Assembly: GCA_050012475.1 (NCBI GenBank)
Contig: JBEKHC010000072.1
Span: 1 to 26,921 of the forward strand
Length of the DNA stretch: 26,921 nt
From: Candidatus Velthaea sp.
GTDB lineage: Bacteria > Vulcanimicrobiota > Vulcanimicrobiia > Vulcanimicrobiales > Vulcanimicrobiaceae
Reading direction: 5' to 3'
The notes beneath the pieces were generated by a model. It was not told where the DNA came from, did not search any database, and was given only the letters and a program-made list of their open reading frames with translations. This document shows positions 20,408-26,921 of this stretch, piece by piece (positions within the stretch are counted from its first letter, which is position 1; the number at the start of each line of letters is the position of its first letter). The position numbers and the translations under genes are program-made.

Positions 20408-21634
20408 ATGGCTAGAGGCGAGACGATCGCCGGCCTGGATATCGGTACCACCAAAACGTGCGCGATCATTGCCGCCATCGGCCCCGACGGGCTCGAAGTG
20501 ATCGGGGTGGGCGAAGCTCCGTCGCTTGGGATGCGCAAAGGCGTCGTCACGGATCTCGAGGAGACCGTGCGGTCGATCGAAGCTGCGACCGAACGGGCCG
20601 AGCGGATGGCAGGCGTGCACGTTTCGCATGTGTACGTCGGAATTACCGGCGAGCACGTCACGTCGAGCAACAATCATGCCGTCGTGGCGGTCACCGGAGA
20701 CGGCCGCGAAGTCGTCGCCTCCGATATTCGGCGCGTCGTCGACGCGAGCAAAATCATCAACCTTGCGACCGACCGTCAGATCATCCACGCGCTGCCGCGT
20801 CACTTCACCATCGACGGTCAGGACGGCGTCGCAGACCCGATCGGGATGTCGGGCGGCCGGCTCGAAGTCGACACGCACATCGTCACCGGCGGTTCGACCT
20901 TCATCACCAACGTGCTCAAGTGCGTCAGCCGCGCCGGACTCGAGACAACCGGAATCGTCTTCGAGCCCCTGGCCTCGTCAGCCGCGACGCTGCTCGACGA
21001 AGAGAAGCACATCGGCGTCGTCTTGCTCGACATCGGCGGCGGAACGACCGATATCGCCGTCTACGCCGGCGGCGGCCTAGTCCACAGCGCGACGATTCCG
21101 GTCGGCGGCAACATCCTCACCAACGACATCGCGCTGGGCCTGAAAACGACGTTCGCCGAAGCCGAGAATCTCAAGCGCACGTACGGCTCGGGTGCCTCGC
21201 ACGACGACGAGAACGACGGCGTGGTGTTTCCGGTCAAAACCTTGGACGGCCGCAGTTCGCGCGACATCAGCTCGGCGCAGCTGCGCTCGATCGTGGTGCC
21301 GCGGATCCTCGAACTCTTTCGCATGACCAAGCAGAACATCGCCAGCCACATCCCGCGCGATCAGATGCTGGGCGAGGTGGTGATTACCGGCGGCGGCGCG
21401 CACCTCCGGCATATCGACAGCACCGCCGCCGAATTCTTCGGTTTACCGGTTCGAATCGGGATTCCGTCGATGCTCGCAGGGCTCACCGATACGGTGAAAA
21501 AACCCGAGTACGCCACCGCTGTCGGACTCGTTCTCTTCGGCCCCCGCGGCGAAGGCTCGCCGTCGCGGAAACCGGGGCTCGCAACTGGCGTGCTGGCCCG
21601 AATGCGGTCTTGGTTCGGCTCCATCTGGAGTTGA
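20408..21634 (+). CDS. ftsA: Cell division protein FtsA
   Basis: [38 protein letters not shown]. Confidence 0.98.
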   Translation: MARGETIAGLDIGTTKTCAIIAAIGPDGLEVIGVGEAPSLGMRKGVVTDLEETVRSIEAATERAERMAGVHVSHVYVGITGEHVTSSNNHAVVAVTGDGREVVASDIRRVVDASKIINLATDRQIIHALPRHFTIDGQDGVADPIGMSGGRLEVDTHIVTGGSTFITNVLKCVSRAGLETTGIVFEPLASSAATLLDEEKHIGVVLLDIGGGTTDIAVYAGGGLVHSATIPVGGNILTNDIALGLKTTFAEAENLKRTYGSGASHDDENDGVVFPVKTLDGRSSRDISSAQLRSIVVPRILELFRMTKQNIASHIPRDQMLGEVVITGGGAHLRHIDSTAAEFFGLPVRIGIPSMLAGLTDTVKKPEYATAVGLVLFGPRGEGSPSRKPGLATGVLARMRSWFGSIWS

Positions 21635-21692
21635 CGGCGCCTTGACTGGCAAGCAAATTGCTCTCTTCCCATCCCTGGAGGTTCCGACGACG

Positions 21693-22775
21693 ATGGCAGA
21701 TGCGAAACGTTTCGTCCCCGAACATGCAGCAACGATCAAAGTCGTCGGGCTCGGCGGCGGAGGCTGCAACGCGATCAACCGGATGATCGATAAGGGCTTG
21801 TCGGGCGTTGATTTCTACGCCCTCAACACCGATGTTCAGGCGCTGCGCAACAGCAGCACTCCCAATACCGTGCAGATCGGCGCTGGGCTCACCCGCGGGC
21901 TGGGTGCCGGCTCCAATCCGAACATCGGCCGCGAAGCCGCCGAAGAGTCGCGCGAAGATTTGGCGATGATCCTCGACGGGGCCGATTTGGTTTTCATCAC
22001 GGCCGGGATGGGCGGCGGCACCGGGACGGGCGCCGCTGCGGTCGTCGCGGAATTGGCGCGCGAGTCCGGTGCGCTGACGGTTGCCGTCGTCACCAAGCCG
22101 TTTGGGTTCGAGGGCCGCAAGCGCATGCAGATGGCCGAGCGCGGCATCGCCGACCTCGAATCGAAAGTCGACACGCTCATCGTCATTCCCAACGAACGCA
22201 TCTTGCAGATCATCGAGAAGCGCACGCCGCTGCAAGAGGCCTTTACCTATGCCGACGACGTCCTGCGCGCCGGCATCCAAGGCATCTCCGATCTCATCAC
22301 CCAGCCCGGCCTGATCAACCTCGATTTCGCCGACATCAAGACGATCATGACCGACGCCGGGTCGGCGATGATGGGGATCGGCGAAGGCAACGGCGAGCAT
22401 CGCGCCGCCGACGCCGCGCAGAAAGCCATCGCTTCGCCGTTATTGGAAACCACGATCGAAGGTGCGCGCGGCGTGATCTTCAACATTACGGGCGGCTCGG
22501 ATCTGTCGATGTACGAAGTCAACGAAGCGGCCGAGATGATCAGCCGCGCGGTCGACTCCGAAGCGCAGATCATCTTCGGCGCGTCGATCGATCCGACGAT
22601 GCAAGGGAAAGTTCGCGTCACGGTGCTCGCGGCCGGCTTCGGCGCGCGCATCCACAGCGCGCGTTCGGTTACGGCGGCGACCTCGAACGGTTCCCACATC
22701 CTCGACTTCGATACGGTGAAAACGGTCAACATGGACGACATCGAAGTTCCGGCGTTCTTGCGTTATCGCAGTTAA
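21693..22775 (+). CDS. ftsZ: Cell division protein FtsZ
   Basis: [30 protein letters not shown]-terminal [12 protein letters not shown] with GGAGG upstream (alternative TTG 21642). Confidence 0.99.
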   Translation: MADAKRFVPEHAATIKVVGLGGGGCNAINRMIDKGLSGVDFYALNTDVQALRNSSTPNTVQIGAGLTRGLGAGSNPNIGREAAEESREDLAMILDGADLVFITAGMGGGTGTGAAAVVAELARESGALTVAVVTKPFGFEGRKRMQMAERGIADLESKVDTLIVIPNERILQIIEKRTPLQEAFTYADDVLRAGIQGISDLITQPGLINLDFADIKTIMTDAGSAMMGIGEGNGEHRAADAAQKAIASPLLETTIEGARGVIFNITGGSDLSMYEVNEAAEMISRAVDSEAQIIFGASIDPTMQGKVRVTVLAAGFGARIHSARSVTAATSNGSHILDFDTVKTVNMDDIEVPAFLRYRS

Positions 22776-22776
22776 C

Positions 22777-23958
22777 GTGGAGGTCGTCGACTCCGCGGTT
22801 GCGGAGCGCGCGACGGCGTTACGGCGCGAGATCCACCGGCACCCGGAGCTGGGCTTCGAGGAAGTTCGCACGGCGGCGCTCGTCGAGCGTGAGCTCGACG
22901 ATCTCGGCATCGATCATCGGCGGGTCGCGAAAACGGGTGTTGTCGGCGTCATTCGCGGGGCGCTTCCTGGCCGGACGGTCGGGCTGCGTGCCGATATGGA
23001 CGCGCTGCCGATCGACGAGGAGTCGGGCGAACCGTTCGCTTCGGAAGTCGCGGGCTGCATGCACGCCTGCGGCCACGACGCGCACACGGCGATGCTCCTG
23101 GGAGCGGCCCGTGTGCTGCAAACCGGCCGTGCGACGCTGCACGGCAACGTCGTGCTGCTGTTTCAACCGGCCGAAGAAGGCCCCGGCGGGGCGCTGCCGA
23201 TGATCGAGGCCGGCGTGATGGACGCCGAACCGCGCATGGAGGCGGTCGCGATGCTGCACGTCGACGTTCGGCTCGACACGGGCGGCGTCTCGATCACGCC
23301 CGGGCCGGTGAACGCGGCAGCTGACGAATTCTACATCACGGTCCGCGGCGCGGGCGGTCATGGGGCGGCGCCGCACAAGGCGCTCGATACGATTCCTTGC
23401 GCGGCAGCTGTCGTGCTGGCGCTGCAGAACATCGCGGCGCGCGAGACCGATCCGCTTGCCAGCGTCGTGGTCACGATCGGAACGATCGCCGGCGGTTACC
23501 GCAATAACGTCATCGCCCATTCGGTCAAACTCGGCGGCACGGTCCGGACGACCGATCCGGCAGTGCGCGATGCGATGGAAGCCCGGCTCAAGCGCATCGT
23601 GGACGGGGTGGCCGGCGCCTACGGCTGCTCGGCCGAACTCGACGTCATCTATGGGTACCCGCCCGTCGTCAACGACCCCGCGCTGGCCCGCGCCTTCAGC
23701 GCGCACGTGCGCGAGACGACCCCGATCGGCGTCGTCTCGCTCCCGCCGACGATGGGAGCGGAAGATTTCGCCTATTTTGCCCAACGCGTCCCGGGGCTGC
23801 TCGTTCGCTTGGGCGTTCGCGACGAAGCGCGCGGTGCGATTCACAACGCGCACAGCTCGCGGTTCAGGCTCGACGAAGCCGCACTTCCCGTCGGCATTGC
23901 GACCCTCGTGGCGTTTGCCCGCAGCGTCGGTTCGGGTGCGGTGCCGCTCGGCAGCTGA
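22777..23958 (+). CDS. M20D family amidohydrolase
   Basis: HRHPELGFEE, LRADMDALP, MHACGHDAH, FQPAEEG, AEDF. Confidence 0.95.
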   Translation: MEVVDSAVAERATALRREIHRHPELGFEEVRTAALVERELDDLGIDHRRVAKTGVVGVIRGALPGRTVGLRADMDALPIDEESGEPFASEVAGCMHACGHDAHTAMLLGAARVLQTGRATLHGNVVLLFQPAEEGPGGALPMIEAGVMDAEPRMEAVAMLHVDVRLDTGGVSITPGPVNAAADEFYITVRGAGGHGAAPHKALDTIPCAAAVVLALQNIAARETDPLASVVVTIGTIAGGYRNNVIAHSVKLGGTVRTTDPAVRDAMEARLKRIVDGVAGAYGCSAELDVIYGYPPVVNDPALARAFSAHVRETTPIGVVSLPPTMGAEDFAYFAQRVPGLLVRLGVRDEARGAIHNAHSSRFRLDEAALPVGIATLVAFARSVGSGAVPLGS

Positions 23959-24066
23959 CCGCGGCGGCGCGGACCGTTGGCCATATTACAGAACGGCGCG
24001 TGCGCTCGATGGTACTTTCTCTGCGGACCAAGCACCTGACGCGCTCGGTCCCGGAGGAGGATCGAC

Positions 24067-24690
24067 GTGTCTCAGACTCAACGCAAAGCGCTCGCTGCCG
24101 AAGGCCAACTGCGTGCGGTGCGCGACCTGCGGCTCATTGAAGCATATCGCGCCGGGCGCCCCGAGGCGTTCGATGAGCTCGTTGCAAGCTACCAAACAAC
24201 GGTGCACCGCCTGCTCGCCGGTTTCAACGTGCCCTCCGCCGACATCGAAGATCTCACCCAGGAAGTCTTCCTGCGCATCTTCCGCAATCTGCAGCGGTTT
24301 CGTGGTCAATCGTCGTTTTATACGTGGTTGTACCGGATCACCATCAACGTATTTTTCGATCACAGCAAGAAACGCAAACGCGCCGACGCGCGCTTGAGCC
24401 GATTGCAGTCCGCCCTTGTCGACGTCAGCGATCAGCGTCCCTACTCGGATGATCCGTTCCGCGCGACGTACGATGCGTTGACGCATCAGTCGTTTTCGGC
24501 CGCAATTGCGACGCTGCCCGAATTGTTTCGCGACGTTGTCGCGATGCGCGAAGTCGACGACCTGTCATACGAAGAAATCGCCCTGGCGACGGGGATTTCG
24601 ATCGGTACCGTGCGGTCGCGTTTGAGCCGGGCGCGCGCGCGGCTCAAGGAACTATTGCGGCCCAGCCTTGCCGACGTGACCGCCGCGTAA
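24067..24690 (+). CDS. ECF sigma-70 factor (RpoE/SigW-like)
   Basis: GGAGGA SD; region 2 EDLTQEVFLR..SFYTWLYRITIN; region 4 LSYEEIA..GTVRSRLSRAR. Confidence 0.95.
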   Translation: MSQTQRKALAAEGQLRAVRDLRLIEAYRAGRPEAFDELVASYQTTVHRLLAGFNVPSADIEDLTQEVFLRIFRNLQRFRGQSSFYTWLYRITINVFFDHSKKRKRADARLSRLQSALVDVSDQRPYSDDPFRATYDALTHQSFSAAIATLPELFRDVVAMREVDDLSYEEIALATGISIGTVRSRLSRARARLKELLRPSLADVTAA

Positions 24691-24738
24691 ACTGCCGATT
24701 CCCGCTGCGTGCTGCCGGCAGCGATTGAAGAGTGAAGC

Positions 24739-24800
24739 TTTTCCACAAGTCAACGGCATAAATCCACAGCTTTGCCACAACTTGTTGCGCTTCGTACACA
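24739..24800 (+). promoter_or_regulatory. Cluster of four DnaA-box-like 9-mers in helical phase
   Basis: TTTTCCACA (24739), AAATCCACA (24760), TTTGCCACA (24771), TCGTACACA (24792). Confidence 0.5.
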
Positions 24801-24835
24801 AGGTTAAGTCGTCTTAAGCAGGAAGTTTTTTACTC

Positions 24836-25342
24836 ATGGCTTTGCCGCAGGTATCAGTCGACCGGCCTGCTTCGCGTTTGATCCACCGCAGCCAAGATAT
24901 TGCAACGTCCGCAGAAACGGCGTTTGCTCTAATCTGCGAAGTGGAAAAGTGGCCGGTTTGGTTATCGTTCTTTCGTAGCGCTCGCCGGGTCGATGCAAGT
25001 CGGCCGCTCGACATCGGCAGTGAGATTGCAATTCGCTCGGCGATTCCCGGCGAAGAAGAAGAGCTCTTTGAAGTCGACGGTTACCTCGACGGTCACATGC
25101 TGTCGCTCGTCGGTGCCTATTCGGTCCGTCGCCGATTCGACTTTCGGGTTGAGCGCAAGACCGAACGCTCCAAGATCGTCGTGCGCATCGACTATCCCAC
25201 GTACGGCGGAGTCGTCGGGGCGCTGATCGACCGTTTTACCAGCCGGCGAAAACTTGACATCGCCCTGGCCGATGCCCTGGTCCATTTCAAGGGCCTAGCG
25301 GAGTACGAGCGCAACCCTGAGGCGCTGTTGGAGGATTTCTAG
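24836..25342 (+). CDS. SRPBCC / polyketide-cyclase-like ligand-binding protein
   Basis: Pattern 'IATSAETAFALICEVEKWPVWL' typical of SRPBCC N-terminus; C-terminal amphipathic helix; 168 aa. Confidence 0.75.
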   Translation: MALPQVSVDRPASRLIHRSQDIATSAETAFALICEVEKWPVWLSFFRSARRVDASRPLDIGSEIAIRSAIPGEEEELFEVDGYLDGHMLSLVGAYSVRRRFDFRVERKTERSKIVVRIDYPTYGGVVGALIDRFTSRRKLDIALADALVHFKGLAEYERNPEALLEDF

Positions 25343-25357
25343 GGCTGTTAGCAGTCG

Positions 25358-25386
25358 TTGACGTATATTGCCAACGAGGCTAGAAT
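25358..25386 (+). promoter_or_regulatory. Sigma-70-type promoter TTGACG-N17-TAGAAT
   Basis: Near-consensus -35 and -10 with 17-bp spacer. Confidence 0.8.
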
Positions 25387-25391
25387 ACCAG

Positions 25392-25487
25392 GGGATGCTC
25401 TAGTCAGGCGAGGGGCAGAGCGGCGAAGTTTGCTTTGAGTAAATGAGCCGCGTGCCGACGACGTCTAGGGCTAAATCAGAGCATCCC
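25392..25487 (+). ncRNA. Candidate ~96-nt structured RNA (unknown class) or structured leader
   Basis: 10-bp perfect closing stem GGGATGCTCT/AGAGCATCCC starting at the predicted TSS; nested helices AGTC/GGCT, AGGCG/CGTCT, GGCA/TGCC, GCGGC/GCCGC, GTTTGCT/AGTAAAT. Confidence 0.6.
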
Positions 25488-25529
25488 GAGGAGTGGGCCG
25501 GGGCTTTCCGACCCGTCATGGAGATCCGC

Positions 25530-25823
25530 GTGCCGCTTTACGATTATCAGTGCAAGCAATGCCAGACCGTGACCGAGGTTCGTCACGGCTTCAAGGACGT
25601 TCACGCGGAAGCGTGTCCGGAGTGCGGCGGAGCGATGGCGCGCGTCTTTCATCCGGCCGGCGTGGTCTTCAAGGGTTCGGGCTTCTATATCACCGATTCG
25701 CGCAAAGGCGGCGGGGGCGAGAGCAGCACGGCAAAGCCGGCGGCCGCTTCGACGCCTGCCGCGAGCGAGCCGAAAACGGCCGAAGCAAAACCGGCCGACG
25801 CAAAGAAGTCAGACGCTGCCTGA
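25530..25823 (+). CDS. FmdB-family zinc-ribbon protein
   Basis: MPLYDYQCKQC...CPECGG...VVFKGSGFYITDSR plus low-complexity tail; GGAG SD before GTG. Confidence 0.92.
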   Translation: MPLYDYQCKQCQTVTEVRHGFKDVHAEACPECGGAMARVFHPAGVVFKGSGFYITDSRKGGGGESSTAKPAAASTPAASEPKTAEAKPADAKKSDAA

Positions 25824-25838
25824 GCGAATGATGACGCC

Positions 25839-26213
25839 GTGAGGCTGGCCTTTCCGGCCGGCGCTGACGGCTGGGCCGACGCGCTGGTCTTCTGGTTTTT
25901 CATCTGCGCCTGGATCGTCGTGCTGAGCCTGCTGTTCTTCCTGCAGCTGCCGCGCGCGTTTCGTGATGCGCGGCGCATCATCAGCCGCGTGATGAAGCTG
26001 ATCAACAACCCGCCGCTCGAGGCGGAGCTGGCAAAAGCCGAGGCGGACAGCCGCCGCCTCAACGCAGCCCTCGACCGGGTTCCCGCACTGCAGGGGCGGG
26101 CCCAGGCGGCAATCGCAACGATCCGTACCACGCCGCTGATTCCGCCGGCGATCGGCCAGGTGGTTCGCCGGATCCGCGCCGAGTATCGGGCCTTCCGGCG
26201 AGAGCTGCGCTAA
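25839..26213 (+). CDS. Hypothetical membrane-anchored helical protein
   Basis: N-terminal hydrophobic segment LVFWFFICAWIVVLSLLFFL then amphipathic/coiled-coil-like region; GC-rich third positions. Confidence 0.75.
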   Translation: MRLAFPAGADGWADALVFWFFICAWIVVLSLLFFLQLPRAFRDARRIISRVMKLINNPPLEAELAKAEADSRRLNAALDRVPALQGRAQAAIATIRTTPLIPPAIGQVVRRIRAEYRAFRRELR

Positions 26214-26241
26214 CGCGCTCCTCGAAGCCGACCGCGAAGTT

Positions 26242-26921
26242 TTAGGAAGGGTCGGCCGGGGCGTCCCATTCCCAGCTGAAGCCTTCGGGTGCGGCAGCCG
26301 ACTCCGGCAAGCCAAAGTCTTCGGCGTCGCCTTCCGTGAGAGCCGGAGGGTGGGCCGGTGCCGGCGGCGCCGGCGCTTGGGATAACCCGAAAGCGTTTCG
26401 CGCAATCTGCGAGGGCGCCGTTGCGGCATCGCGGCTGGGTTTCGGGGGCGCGGCCGCCGGCGGTTCGACCGCCGGAAACTCGGGCTTGGCGTCGGGCGAC
26501 GTATACACCCGGGTGCCGCTCGGCGATGCCGGACCGTTGCCGATCAGCGACGCTTTACTTATCAGTGCGGGGACGAACGGCCGCACGTCCGGCTCGGGTT
26601 CGGCCGCCAGCCACTCGCGATAGTCGGTTCCGGCGCTGGCGTTGAGCGGCTGGCCGCTGGCCGTTCCGACGACGACGCAACGTGCCTGCGGGAGCAGCTG
26701 CCCCTGCGGTCCTGCGGCCAGCGCGCGCAGCTCGTCCAAATACGCCTCGGGCGTTTCCTCCGCGGCCATCGTATCGATGATCAAGGCGATGGTTTCGCGA
26801 ATCGCCTCGCGCGGCGGGGTGCGGGTGAAGGCGAAGGTTTGATAGGTCACGTCGGATTTGACGATCGAGACCAGCTTGCGCCAATAGTCGATCTGATGAT
26901 AACCCTCGAACTGACCCAGTT
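26242..26921 (-). CDS. Hypothetical protein, 5' end outside window; Pro/Ala-rich C-terminal tail
   Basis: Frame is open from window edge (LGQFEGYHQIDYWRKLVSIVKSDVTYQ...) to stop at 26242; host-like codon usage. Confidence 0.75.
   Translation of the reverse strand, partial: LGQFEGYHQIDYWRKLVSIVKSDVTYQTFAFTRTPPREAIRETIALIIDTMAAEETPEAYLDELRALAAGPQGQLLPQARCVVVGTASGQPLNASAGTDYREWLAAEPEPDVRPFVPALISKASLIGNGPASPSGTRVYTSPDAKPEFPAVEPPAAAPPKPSRDAATAPSQIARNAFGLSQAPAPPAPAHPPALTEGDAEDFGLPESAAAPEGFSWEWDAPADPS

Noticed and set aside
21642..21692. Possible FtsZ N-terminal extension containing clamp-motif-like QIALF
   Set aside because: ATG 21693 with GGAGG is the more plausible start; a five-residue match is easily chance
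8826..24486. Many long antisense or alternate-frame ORFs (e.g. 8826-10664, 13520-15655, 19391-20878)
   Set aside because: Expected shadow ORFs of high-GC coding sequence; no family motifs
3678..24690. Visually frequent TCGA/CGATCG words as a HIP1-like repeat
   Set aside because: Plausibly explained by ATC/CTC/GTC-GAN codon pairs; cannot be established without codon-controlled counts
25392..25487. Assignment as SRP RNA or tRNA
   Set aside because: Lacks the SRP domain IV consensus and the tRNA T-loop/cloverleaf

Overview
High-GC bacterial chromosome segment, mostly housekeeping. The lineage may be a non-actinomycete Terrabacterium such as Vulcanimicrobiota/Eremiobacterota; this is a low-confidence inference. 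The window opens inside a 23S rRNA gene carrying an ~85-nt extra hairpin at the helix-54 region, followed by 5S rRNA and a terminator. Next come two small membrane-protein ORFs and a minus-strand type-E-like succinate dehydrogenase/fumarate reductase operon (sdhA, sdhB, CCG-domain subunit). A ~1.1-kb nested repeat region then contains three decayed tandem copies of the dnaE promoter plus its first ~52 codons. A long plus-strand run follows: dnaE (LAGLIDADG intein and a ~90-aa Ala-rich insert), hisZ, hisG, an orphan N6-adenine DNA methyltransferase, hisD, Cof-type HAD, ftsQ, ftsA, ftsZ, M20 amidohydrolase, ECF sigma, SRPBCC protein, a promoter-linked ~96-nt structured RNA candidate, FmdB-type zinc-ribbon protein and a membrane protein. 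The window ends in a truncated minus-strand hypothetical gene. The most unusual items are the dnaE 5'-end pseudo-copy array, the candidate ncRNA, an NrdR-like box before ftsAZ, a helically phased DnaA-box-like cluster and the 23S expansion.
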